Below are positions 10,455 to 19,503 of a stretch of 64,000 bases of DNA, piece after piece (position 1 is the stretch's first letter; each line of letters begins with the position of its first letter). Both the position numbers and the translations under genes were made by a program. Below the pieces are notes generated by a model that was given only the letters and a program-made list of their open reading frames with translations, did not search any database and was not told the DNA's origin. The DNA comes from Smithellaceae bacterium (lineage in GTDB: Bacteria; Desulfobacterota; Syntrophia; Syntrophales; Smithellaceae), in the NCBI GenBank assembly GCA_963667845.2, contig CAXXVL010000002.1:2496001-2560000 (forward strand). The letters run 5' to 3'.

Positions 10455-10955
10455 ATGAAGAAGAAAGACAATGTCCGCCTGATTTTGATCCTGGCGATCT
10501 TTTTCCTCGCTCTCGGCGGCTGGCTCCTTCATCTGCAGCTCCATGAGCCGGCCAAAGATGCGGAAAATTACCTCCCGGCTGTTGCCGGACTGATCAGCGT
10601 TTTTATTATACCCATTTTATTTATTTTCCGCTCGACCATTCCTTTTGCCTATCTGATCAACGGAATGACGGCTATTATCGGCACCATTGCCATGGTTCAC
10701 TTTTCCATCGAAAACCCACCGGACGTGTGGACGCTGAAATCATTGCTGATGGGAACACTCCTGGCTCCAATCATGTTATTATGGGCAAAATTTGCGGTGG
10801 GCAAGGCCCTTTTTGAACTGGAACCGGCCGTGAGACAGCCGGATGCTCCGATACGCAAAGGGCGGTTTTTCCGCTTCCCGAATATGGGATTCTGGTTTGT
10901 TCATGTCGTGACCTTAACCGTCGTATATTTGTTTGGCGCTTATCTATGGAAATAG
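10455..10955 (+). CDS. Integral membrane protein of unknown function
   Basis: About five hydrophobic segments, three with His; GAGGTG RBS. Confidence 0.8.
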   Translation: MKKKDNVRLILILAIFFLALGGWLLHLQLHEPAKDAENYLPAVAGLISVFIIPILFIFRSTIPFAYLINGMTAIIGTIAMVHFSIENPPDVWTLKSLLMGTLLAPIMLLWAKFAVGKALFELEPAVRQPDAPIRKGRFFRFPNMGFWFVHVVTLTVVYLFGAYLWK

Positions 10956-10967
10956 CAGGAGGTTGAT

Positions 10968-11054
10968 ATGCAGTATTTTATGTTGTTCAAACCGGGATGG
11001 TGGATTCTGCACATCTTTGCAATTTCGCTGATGATCTTAATCGGTCATCTCTAG
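10968..11054 (+). CDS. 28-aa single-helix membrane peptide (not in ORF track)
   Basis: AGGAGG 6 nt before ATG; MQYFMLFKPGWWILHIFAISLMILIGHL. Confidence 0.7.
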   Translation: MQYFMLFKPGWWILHIFAISLMILIGHL

Positions 11055-11188
11055 ACGGCTTGATGATGACTGCGTCATGGTAATGTGATCATCACGTCCG
11101 CGAGGACCGGAGCCGGTGAAAAGCCCATCATCATCAAAAAAAATCCACCGAGTCCGATCCCGCAAATTTTGTCGGGACATATTTGTTT

Positions 11189-11899
11189 CTATTTTTCTGA
11201 TCCGTTTGCCAGTTTCTTAAAACGCACGGCCAGTTCCGGTCCTTTGGCCTTGTCTTCGTGTTTAAAAAATACGAACACGGTTTTCCATTTCTGCCGGCGG
11301 ATCTTTTCGAGCCAGGAAGCGAGGTCGGCATCTGAATAATCGGAGCGCCTGAGGCGCAGGTATCCCCACGACGCGGTGCGGACAATATCCTGTGCGGGAA
11401 GTTCATCCGTGTCCGTCGTGCACAGGCTTAAATCTCTTCCGCGCAGAAAATCCCCCACTTCATCGTTATTCCAGGACGGATGGCGAAACTCGAAGGCGCA
11501 GGGTGTCTTATCCGGGATGAGGTTGAGAAAGCTGCGCAGCGTGTCCGCGTCCGCGCGAAAACTCGCGGGCAACTGGAAGAGCATGGGCCCGAGCTTCAGA
11601 TGCAGGACGGCCAAAGTTCGGAAAAGGTACTGCATTTCGGAGCCGACGTTCCTCAGACGTTTGACATGCGTGATGATCCGGGGCGCCTTAAAAGCAAAGA
11701 CAAAGCTCACAGGCACCTGCCGGGTCCAGGTCTCAAGCACGTCCTCGGTGGGCATGCGGTAAAATGTATTGTTAATCTCCACCGCACCGAGGTGCCCGGC
11801 ATAAAAGCGGAGCATGTCGTGCGGTGAAATCTTTTCCGGATAAAATATCCCCTGCCATTCTTTATAGCTATACCCGCTGGTGCCGATGTAGAATTTCAT
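11189..11899 (-). CDS. DUF72 family protein
   Basis: IGTSGYSY, VEINNTFYRMP, KAPRIITH, FEFRHPSW, YLRLR. Confidence 0.92.
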   Translation of the reverse strand: MKFYIGTSGYSYKEWQGIFYPEKISPHDMLRFYAGHLGAVEINNTFYRMPTEDVLETWTRQVPVSFVFAFKAPRIITHVKRLRNVGSEMQYLFRTLAVLHLKLGPMLFQLPASFRADADTLRSFLNLIPDKTPCAFEFRHPSWNNDEVGDFLRGRDLSLCTTDTDELPAQDIVRTASWGYLRLRRSDYSDADLASWLEKIRRQKWKTVFVFFKHEDKAKGPELAVRFKKLANGSEK

Positions 11900-12138
11900 T
11901 TTTTAGTCCAACCAAATGCAGGCTTAACCGGATATCCGCCGTAGAATACACGGCCAGCCGCTGTGATCATGTCGTAATTACCTTTCTGTCATTTCGTGCT
12001 TTCCAGAGAGCGCGGCAATCTCTTTGTGTCAAGCAGGTCCGGGATTGCTTCGGACGTTACACGCACCAAAAAAGATTCGCTTCCCTTGGTGGGAGAGGTG
12101 AGTGACGAAAGAGACAGAAGAATATTCAACACGCAATA

Positions 12139-13746
12139 TCACTTTATAACTCTTTCCTCCGGCGCCTCGCGCTGCACGTCGCGCGGATCCTTGTCTTCAC
12201 GCATCCGGAGGAAGACCGGCTGTCTCAGGAGCCCCTCGCTTGTCCAGCCATGGAAAGCAACTTCACAGACCAGCGCAGGCGTAACCCAGGTGACGGGCAT
12301 GTTTGTCTTCGGCGCTGTCTTAAACGGACAGGTCTTGCGGATCAGGGGATTCAGCCGGGCGCGAATGTCCTTGAGCTTCTGCGCGTCAAATCCGCCGCCG
12401 GTGTGGCCGATGAAGATCAATTCATTCTTGTCGAATACGCCCAGCACGAGCGCACCGAAATCGTTGCGGCTGCCCCGCGGCTCGGTGAAGCCCGCGATGA
12501 CGGCTTCCTGGGTGAGGCGGGCTTTGATTTTGAGCCACTGGCGGCTACGCTTGCCCGCATGGTACGTGCTTGAGGCACGCTTGGCCATGATCCCTTCCAG
12601 TCCGGCGTCGCGGACGACTTTGAAAAACGTCAGGCCGTCGCCTGTGACGTGATCGCTGTATTTTACATGCGGGGAGGAGCTCGGAAGAATTTTTTTGAGC
12701 AGCGCTTTGCGCGTAAGCAAAGGCAAACCGGTCAGATCGCGGCCTTGAAGGTAGAGAAGATCGAAGACATAATAAACCAGATGGCCCGACGGGTTCTTCT
12801 GATAGTCCTGTAATTTTTGAAAATCGGGGAAGCCGCGGTCGTCCACCACGACGATTTCGCCGTCGAGAATCGCCTCGAACCGGAATTTCCCCAGTGCTGC
12901 CGCAACGGGAGAAAATCTGCCGGTAAAAGACAGGAGGTTGCGGGAATAGAGCGCGACGTCACCATTCTCGATTTCGGCAATGGCGCGGTAACCGTCCCAT
13001 TTCATTTCAAACATCCAGTCCGGGTGGCCGAAAGGTTCTTTCGTCAGCGTCGCGAGCATCGGTTTGATGCGGTGCGGCATAGGTTTTGATGGTGCGCTCT
13101 TCAGGTCTTCGCTCTCCAGCGCTTCGCGTAAACGGATGTGGTCTATTTTATCCTGCACGGGCGGGTCGCCGGCATTCTCACGGACGATCTCTTCGAGATT
13201 TTCGTGGGACACAACGGACCGGTTGTCTTTCAGGATGTCGGAGGACCCTGCAAAATGGTCCTTCTTTTTCACCAGGAGCCAGGACTTTTCGTCGAACTTT
13301 GTTTTGACGAGGGCAAATTCGCCCTGAAGCTTTTCGCCGTGTAGGATAAACGTCAGGTGGCCTTTAGCGAGTCCGTCCCGGAGCAGGCTTTCGCTGGCTT
13401 TCCCGCCGGGATCATCGGGATGATGGTAATAGCCGCGGTCCCAGATGATGACGCTGCCTGCGCCGTAGTTGCCCTCCGGGATAACGCCTTCGAAATCTTT
13501 GTAGTCAAAGGGATGATCCTCCACCATCACGGCGAGCCGTTTCTGGGAGGGATTTAGTGAGGGGCCCTTCGGGACGGCCCAGCTTTTCAAAACGCCGCCC
13601 AGCTCCAGCCGGAGGTCGTAGTGCAGCGCCCGGGCCGCGTGTTTCTGGACGACAAAAAGCAGACGCTCCCCCGCCTTATGAACGCCTGCCCGCGGTTCAG
13701 GGGTTTTTGCAAATGTCCGTTTAGCCGTGTAGTCTTTCAGTGCCAT
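12139..13746 (-). CDS. ligD: LigD: 3'-phosphoesterase plus ATP-dependent ligase domains
   Basis: FVVQKHAARALHYDLRLE, SWAVPKGPS, EMKWDGYRA, GLEGIMAKR, WLKIK; start at MALKDY. Confidence 0.92.
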   Translation of the reverse strand: MALKDYTAKRTFAKTPEPRAGVHKAGERLLFVVQKHAARALHYDLRLELGGVLKSWAVPKGPSLNPSQKRLAVMVEDHPFDYKDFEGVIPEGNYGAGSVIIWDRGYYHHPDDPGGKASESLLRDGLAKGHLTFILHGEKLQGEFALVKTKFDEKSWLLVKKKDHFAGSSDILKDNRSVVSHENLEEIVRENAGDPPVQDKIDHIRLREALESEDLKSAPSKPMPHRIKPMLATLTKEPFGHPDWMFEMKWDGYRAIAEIENGDVALYSRNLLSFTGRFSPVAAALGKFRFEAILDGEIVVVDDRGFPDFQKLQDYQKNPSGHLVYYVFDLLYLQGRDLTGLPLLTRKALLKKILPSSSPHVKYSDHVTGDGLTFFKVVRDAGLEGIMAKRASSTYHAGKRSRQWLKIKARLTQEAVIAGFTEPRGSRNDFGALVLGVFDKNELIFIGHTGGGFDAQKLKDIRARLNPLIRKTCPFKTAPKTNMPVTWVTPALVCEVAFHGWTSEGLLRQPVFLRMREDKDPRDVQREAPEERVIK

Positions 13747-13747
13747 A

Positions 13748-14653
13748 TTATAAGTAGGGCAGATCCTGCCGCAGGGTGAGGACAGGGGCGAAGATGTCCC
13801 CGGTTTTGGAAAGCCTGTCGATCGCCTGAAAAGGCAGGACGCGAATTTTCTCCGCATCTCCCTTTTCCGCAAGCTTTTCTATTTCTTTCCAGGGCCGGGG
13901 ATAGGAAACCGTCGGCTTCTCCCCCGCCCTTAAAGAGTAAACACAAATCGTGGTCTTGGATGCATCGTTTTGAGACCAGTTGATAAAGACTTTTTTCGTC
14001 CGCTGTTCCTTCGCCATCTTCGACGTGACGAGATCCGGATAGTTGCGCTCCAGGACTTCAGCCACGGATTTGGAAAATGTTTTGGTATCATCAAACGTGA
14101 TCTTAACGCGGTTCAGGGGGACGTATACATGCAGTCCCTTCAGACCCGATGTCTTGGCAAAGCAAGTGAGCTTCAGTTCGGCAAGCAAATCCCGCAGAAT
14201 CAACGAAACACGCAGGCACTCAAGCATTCCGGCCGCGGTGCCGGGGTCCAGGTCGAAGACAACGGCATCGGGTGTTTCGCGGGTATGCGTCCGGGCGAGC
14301 GGTACGTGCAGCTCCAGGGATGCCAGATTTTCCACCCACATCAGCGTAGCCAGGTCGTTAACGAGGCAGACTTGCATGGTCTCGCCGCTGTCCTGGGGAA
14401 TCTGCGCCGTCGGCACCCAGGACGGATGATGGGAGGGGCAGCGTTTTTCGAAAAAATATTCTTCGCCCACGCCGTTGGGATAACGCTTTAAGGTCAGCGC
14501 CCGGTTCTGCAGGTGAGGCAGGATGAATTGCGCTATGCGGCGGTAGTATTCCAGAACATGGGCCTTGGTAAATCCGAAAGCCGGATACAGGTCTTTCTCC
14601 AGGTTGGACAAAGACAGAATGTGTTTGTCAATTTGCGTTACTTGCGTGGTCAC
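13748..14653 (-). CDS. Stand-alone LigD primase-polymerase domain
   Basis: LSNLEK, RYPNG, FDLDPG, KTSGLKGLH, YSLR. Confidence 0.92.
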   Translation of the reverse strand: MTTQVTQIDKHILSLSNLEKDLYPAFGFTKAHVLEYYRRIAQFILPHLQNRALTLKRYPNGVGEEYFFEKRCPSHHPSWVPTAQIPQDSGETMQVCLVNDLATLMWVENLASLELHVPLARTHTRETPDAVVFDLDPGTAAGMLECLRVSLILRDLLAELKLTCFAKTSGLKGLHVYVPLNRVKITFDDTKTFSKSVAEVLERNYPDLVTSKMAKEQRTKKVFINWSQNDASKTTICVYSLRAGEKPTVSYPRPWKEIEKLAEKGDAEKIRVLPFQAIDRLSKTGDIFAPVLTLRQDLPYL

Positions 14654-15432
14654 CGGTTCTTTTTTACCTTTCGCATGCTTTCGGCAAGGGCCGCCACCAG
14701 ATCGACCGGGCCTTCCTCTTCCTCCTCGACTGCGGGCGGTGTAACCGGGGGCTGCTTCCTGGCCTTGCTCTTAATGAGTGCCAAAAGACGCTTTCTGCGC
14801 AGATTGGCATGTTCGGCGGGCTGGAAATCGCGCGCAAGCGACCGGATGGCGGTTTTCATACGGGCTTTATCCGCCGGGGCGATGGAGACGGTTTGAGGCA
14901 CGATGTTGTCGTCGGGAAGGATCTCATCGCTGTAATGCAGAATGATGAGCGACAGGGCGCCCCCGGTGCTTTGCAGAGCGACAAAATACTCCCGCTCACC
15001 CAGCACGAATTTGGCCAGTCCCGATTTATGCGTCCGGCGCATCACCTCGACCATCAGCCGGTAAGCCTTCTCACCGCCTTTTGCAGGGACGAGGTAGTAG
15101 GGATGGTCGTAGTAGATGGGGTCAATATCGGCCAGTTCGACGAATTCGATAATCTCGATGGTGCGGCTGCGCTCGGGGGAGACGGATTCCAGCTCATCGT
15201 CCGTGACGGTGATATATTTATCAGGCCCGATTTCGTAACCCCGGATGATCTCCTCGGGTTCGACCATCTTTTCTTCCAGCGGGCAGAACATCCGCCGGGA
15301 GAGGGGAGAATAGTCTTTGCTGTGGAGCAGGCGGAAAGAGACCCGGCTAGGCTCTACGGCCTTGACCAATTGCACCGGAATCGCCACCAGGCTGAAACTG
15401 ATCGTTCCGCTCCATATCCCCTGCATTGCCAT
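14650..15432 (-). CDS. ku: NHEJ Ku protein, paralog B
   Basis: IWSGTISFSLVAIPVQL, IDPIYYDHPYYL, VDLVAALAES. Confidence 0.92.
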   Translation of the reverse strand: MAMQGIWSGTISFSLVAIPVQLVKAVEPSRVSFRLLHSKDYSPLSRRMFCPLEEKMVEPEEIIRGYEIGPDKYITVTDDELESVSPERSRTIEIIEFVELADIDPIYYDHPYYLVPAKGGEKAYRLMVEVMRRTHKSGLAKFVLGEREYFVALQSTGGALSLIILHYSDEILPDDNIVPQTVSIAPADKARMKTAIRSLARDFQPAEHANLRRKRLLALIKSKARKQPPVTPPAVEEEEEGPVDLVAALAESMRKVKKNR

Positions 15433-15445
15433 TTGCGTTTCCCCC

Positions 15446-16216
15446 TCACGCCACTTTCTTCAAACTGGCCGTAAGCGTCTGCAAGAGCTTGTCCGACGAC
15501 GTCGGTTTCAAACGCCGCGGCCGAAGCAAGACAATTTTTTCTCCGCGAGCCTTCTTATCGATCAACTGCTGTAATTTTTTTTCATGCTCGTTTACGAATT
15601 TCTGCGGTTCAAAAGACGCAGTTAAGTGGCCGATCAGGTCGGCTCCGATCTGTAGTTCCTTCTCCGATACGGCGACCTCAGGCAGATCCAGGGACGAGAC
15701 GGGAATCACTTCATCGGCATACCTCAAAGTATTGAGGCGAAGTATTTTTCCGCTTACCTGCAGCGCCCCGAAATAGGAGCGCTTTCTCATCGTCCACGAG
15801 CAGATGCCTTCCACCTTCATGTCGTGAAGCGCGGCGGCCAGTGTCTGATAAGTTCTGGATGGATTATCCGGTTCCAGGTAGTAGCCGCGCGTCATCAAAA
15901 GAGGATCGATTTGTGAAGCGTTGACGAACTCCAACACATCGATGATCCGGCTTTCTTCGGGCAGCGTTTCTGAAAGCTCCGCAGGGGTCATAAGGACGTA
16001 GCGGCCGTCTTCGAGCTTAAACCCCCGGACCTGTTCATCGGGTGGGACCGGCGTCTTTTCATGGGCACAGATCATCTGCTGTCTGAGCGGGACGCGGTCT
16101 TTTTTGTGCAGAAGATGAAATTGAATGTGCTCTTCCTTTACTGCTGTGTGCAGTTTGACCGGAATATCAAAATTTCCAAAATGGAGCTGCCCTTTCCAGA
16201 TTGCCCGCCCTGCCAT
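15446..16216 (-). CDS. ku: NHEJ Ku protein, paralog A
   Basis: RAIWKGQLHFG..IPVKL, YYLEPD, LRYADEV, LLQTLTASL. Confidence 0.9.
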   Translation of the reverse strand: MAGRAIWKGQLHFGNFDIPVKLHTAVKEEHIQFHLLHKKDRVPLRQQMICAHEKTPVPPDEQVRGFKLEDGRYVLMTPAELSETLPEESRIIDVLEFVNASQIDPLLMTRGYYLEPDNPSRTYQTLAAALHDMKVEGICSWTMRKRSYFGALQVSGKILRLNTLRYADEVIPVSSLDLPEVAVSEKELQIGADLIGHLTASFEPQKFVNEHEKKLQQLIDKKARGEKIVLLRPRRLKPTSSDKLLQTLTASLKKVA

Positions 16217-16490
16217 AACCGGACTCCTTCGTCTATTTCACGTTGCGTCAAATTTAAAAATAGGTACCTTGGGCTGAGCTGTCAAATAGAAGGGCGAGAC
16301 GCGGATATGTCATGTATTCTTTAATATGCGGTTATGATTCGGTCTGGGGGTGCAGTCTCATAGGTTTTACCTGACAGAATCCTTACAGTTAATTATTATT
16401 CATCAACGTCCCTGGTGTGATTTATCCTTTACAGCAAACGAAAAAATCGGTAGGGTCTGCCAAATAAAATTTGGAATTAGGAAGATCGAC

Positions 16491-17663
16491 ATGAATCATC
16501 GCGTATCAAAAAAGGCCGTGCCTGCATGGCTCACAATACTCATCATCATTTTACTTGTGCCCCTCTGTTTCGATCAGGGAGCGCTGGCCGCGCCCGTCCA
16601 GGACAGCGCCCATCCCGCCGCTGCGGCGCTGAAACTTGTCCAGAGCGGCATGGACGCCAGAGCCGCGCTCGACATTTCGGCTGCCGCCACACTGATCGAT
16701 TATGTTCTTGGCGCCAAGCCGTCTAAAGAAAGCGAATTGCCAGCCGCCCAGAAGGCGCCCGGCGCTTACTACGAGTTCGACACGAAGATCGGGTTTGCTG
16801 ATTTTTTGCAGTACTCATACAGCTGCCATATCCCGGCAGTTCTGACCAGCCCTTCGTCGCTGCGCTATTCGTTGTGGAACGGCCAGCCCGGCAAGATGCA
16901 GAAGCTGCCCAGCAACTGGACGTCCATCCCCCGGGACGGCAAACCGACCATTATCCGCGGATTGCAGCGCGACGCCATCACGCCGGACCTTACCACCGGA
17001 GTCTACTATGAATACAATCTGAACAGAACGCTCATCCTGATCAACCACAAGGGACGCCAGGCGTTGATCACGATCTCCAAGCAGGTCAGCGTGTCGGATA
17101 TCGGCAAGAAGGGATTTATTCTGGGGAACGACGACGACTGGAGCTACTACTATTCCGGTGAACCCGGTTCGGCAAAAACGGGCCTGGGATGGGTCAAGTC
17201 GTACATCTATGATTACTTCTCCGTGGCCGTTTATGTGGAAACGGGAGCCCAGCAGCCGGTGGTCCGAACCGGCATCTTCCAGTGGATCCGGGCCGGATGG
17301 AACGGCATTAACTTCGTTCAGCCGGAACATATTCTCAAAGGAATGAAGCGGTACGCGAGAAATTCCAAAGTCATTCTGGAATCGCCCAACCTGCCTGGTC
17401 CTAACCAGGTAGCTCAGGCCTATCAGCGGTTGTCGTCACTTCCCCAGAGCGACCTCCTGGATAAATATACGGCGTTGCAGCAGGCCCGGCAGTCTCTGGC
17501 CGTTCAGAGCGGCAAGATTGACACAAGCAAAATCAAGAAGCAGGACTCCTATGCCGGCACGCCTAAGGAGCAGATTGTCGAAGAATTGATGCTGGAATAT
17601 CTGAAGATCGTCCTGGGCAAGACTACGCTGCTTAGTAAAAAAGTCGCAATGGGCCTGATTTAA
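16491..17663 (+). CDS. Exported hypothetical protein
   Basis: Long ORF with signal-peptide-like N-terminus from ATG 16491. Confidence 0.75.
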   Translation: MNHRVSKKAVPAWLTILIIILLVPLCFDQGALAAPVQDSAHPAAAALKLVQSGMDARAALDISAAATLIDYVLGAKPSKESELPAAQKAPGAYYEFDTKIGFADFLQYSYSCHIPAVLTSPSSLRYSLWNGQPGKMQKLPSNWTSIPRDGKPTIIRGLQRDAITPDLTTGVYYEYNLNRTLILINHKGRQALITISKQVSVSDIGKKGFILGNDDDWSYYYSGEPGSAKTGLGWVKSYIYDYFSVAVYVETGAQQPVVRTGIFQWIRAGWNGINFVQPEHILKGMKRYARNSKVILESPNLPGPNQVAQAYQRLSSLPQSDLLDKYTALQQARQSLAVQSGKIDTSKIKKQDSYAGTPKEQIVEELMLEYLKIVLGKTTLLSKKVAMGLI

Positions 17664-17762
17664 TCCCGCTTAAGCGCGACGAGCGTTAATTCTGTGGCAG
17701 CTGGCTGCGAAATGATGACGTTCATTTCATACCTCGAAAGCTCAGTGCGGGGGTGGGTGATT
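17662..17762 (+). repeat. Dispersed structured repeat, copy 2 (divergent)
   Basis: AATCCCGCTTAAGCGCGACGAGCGTTAATT...GGTGGGTGATT; overlaps the TAA of the upstream gene. Confidence 0.9.
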
Positions 17763-17839
17763 ATTTCGCGGTTGTTGGTGCCTTCTTTTACACCAGTGCG
17801 GCAAAAAGCAAGATCTCAGCGAGACATTGTCGGCTTTTT

Positions 17840-18406
17840 TTATTTGGCGGCAGAGCCCTTTTTCTTCCGCGGCGCGCGGCTTAATTTTTGATATCTTTCC
17901 CGGATCATGCGGATCTCTTGGGCGGGCAGGCCCAGAGATTCCAGAAAATCCTGATGCGCCTCGGGCGACGACGTCTCGAATTCCGTATGCCAGCGCTCCA
18001 TTCCCGCTTCATCCAAACCGGCTTTGCGCAGGTATTTGATCCATTGCTCCTTTGTCAGGACACGCGTCGAACCGGACAGCTTCTTATCATCCAGCAGATT
18101 GAGAATAAAATTTTGCTGCTGGCGCAGACGGCTGATTTCATCATTGATGTCCGCAAGCCGCCGGTGCAGGATTTCCGTCCTGCGCGACGCACCGCCTGCC
18201 AGCAGTTTTCTAATCGCCCTCAAGGGGATGCCGGCGTTTCGCAGCCGGGCTATTTCTTCCATGAGCCGGTAGTCTTCGTCGGTATAAATACGGTAATCCG
18301 CGCCGCTTCTTTCCCGCGGAGATAGAAGACCGATTTTGTCATAATAAAGAAGTGTGCTTCTTGATAATCCGAATTTCGCGGCAATCTCCGAAATGGTGTA
18401 GGTCAT
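17840..18406 (-). CDS. MerR family transcriptional regulator
   Basis: YTISEIA..GLSRSTLLYYDKIGLL..YRIY HTH, coiled coil, C-terminal WH-x-FE-x5-HQ-x-FLE domain. Confidence 0.92.
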   Translation of the reverse strand: MTYTISEIAAKFGLSRSTLLYYDKIGLLSPRERSGADYRIYTDEDYRLMEEIARLRNAGIPLRAIRKLLAGGASRRTEILHRRLADINDEISRLRQQQNFILNLLDDKKLSGSTRVLTKEQWIKYLRKAGLDEAGMERWHTEFETSSPEAHQDFLESLGLPAQEIRMIRERYQKLSRAPRKKKGSAAK

Positions 18407-18540
18407 AGCCATTCCAGAAAGCTTTGATGACCCTGCGGATACTTCTCTTCAAAAAGACGATGCCACTTTCTCATGTCGGCATCCGTCAGTCCGATCTCGC
18501 GAAATAATTCGACCCACTCCAGAACGTTAACTTTGCCCAT
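18403..18540 (-). CDS. 45-aa protein homologous to the MerR C-terminal domain (not in ORF track)
   Basis: MGKVNVLEWVELFREIGLTDADMRKWHRLFEEKYPQGHQSFLEWL; AAGGA RBS; ATGA overlap with merR start. Confidence 0.8.
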   Translation of the reverse strand: MGKVNVLEWVELFREIGLTDADMRKWHRLFEEKYPQGHQSFLEWL

Positions 18541-18587
18541 CTTTTTTTGTCCTTTCATTATTATTTCCATGGCCGCTGGTAACTGAA

Positions 18588-18618
18588 ACCATAAACTATG
18601 AACTTATAGACGGGTCAA
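18588..18618 (-). promoter_or_regulatory. MerR-type promoter/operator
   Basis: TTGACC-19 nt-TATGGT with CTAT-N6-ATAG dyad in the spacer. Confidence 0.75.
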
Positions 18619-18849
18619 GAATTATTATCGGAGAATTAGTTTATTCCCCCCTCTCATGCCCCCGCAGGTTGTGAGGAGAGTGATATTTTTTAAGGCCAAA
18701 TATTTATCGTCTGTTAATTCCCTCGCCCTCGATGGGAGAGGGTTGGGGTGACGGTCAAAATAATTATCTACATCACCTCGGCGCGTGACCTTCAGGTCAT
18801 CTCCGCCCACGGGGCTAAGAAGTATTTTCGTTGGGCATCGAAATATTTC

Positions 18850-18885
18850 TTGACACAACGTGGCAATTTGGCTATATGGCCAAAT
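18850..18885 (+). promoter_or_regulatory. Promoter and ArsR operator
   Basis: TTGACA-17 nt-TATATG overlapped by inverted repeat ATTTGGC-N6-GCCAAAT. Confidence 0.75.
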
Positions 18886-18904
18886 ACGAAAGGAGATGGT
18901 AGCG

Positions 18905-19237
18905 ATGAAAGAATCCATCAAGCCTCAGTATGAGGCGCGGGCGAAGATCCTCAAGGCCATGGCACATCCCAGCCGTCTGCTGATCATCGAGGAGCTGCAA
19001 AAGCAGGAACGTTGCGTGAACGAACTGACCGACATGGTCGGGGCGGACACGTCCACAGTCTCCAAGCACTTAAGTGTGTTGAAGAACGCCGGGCTGGTCA
19101 CGGATGAAAAAAGGGGCAATTCGATATTTTATCATCTGCGCGTGCCCTGCATTCTGGATTTCATGGGCTGCGTGGAGAATGTGTTGTCGGCCAATGCCAA
19201 AGAACACGCAAATATTCTCAAGTGCTGTAAGAAATAG
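18905..19237 (+). CDS. arsR: ArsR/SmtB family repressor
   Basis: KAMAHPSRL, RCVNEL, STVSKHLSVLKNAGLV; C-terminal Cys residues. Confidence 0.9.
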   Translation: MKESIKPQYEARAKILKAMAHPSRLLIIEELQKQERCVNELTDMVGADTSTVSKHLSVLKNAGLVTDEKRGNSIFYHLRVPCILDFMGCVENVLSANAKEHANILKCCKK

Positions 19238-19251
19238 AAGGAGATGTAAAG

Positions 19252-19488
19252 ATGAAAATAGAAATTTTAGGAACCGGCTGCGCCAAATGTCATAAACTCG
19301 ACGAACTTGTCCGGGCTACCGTTAAGGAAACGGGCGTCAATGCCGAGGTCAGCAAAGTCGAAGACATCAAAAAAATCATGGGTTACGGCGTGATGACGAC
19401 GCCCGCACTCGTCATCGACGGGAAGGTCAAAGTTGCCGGCAAAATTCCATCGGTTGAAGAAATTAAACAATTCATCGGCGCCAAATAA
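19252..19488 (+). CDS. Small redox-active disulfide protein (Thioredoxin_3)
   Basis: KIEILGTGCAKC, YGVMTTPALVIDG. Confidence 0.92.
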   Translation: MKIEILGTGCAKCHKLDELVRATVKETGVNAEVSKVEDIKKIMGYGVMTTPALVIDGKVKVAGKIPSVEEIKQFIGAK

Positions 19489-19503
19489 AAAGGAGTAGCC
19501 GCT

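Noticed and set aside
17694..17891. Short ORFs beginning inside repeat copies (also 53845..54072 and the first 28 codons of 46650..48020)
   Set aside because: Starts derive from repeat sequence; no coding evidence
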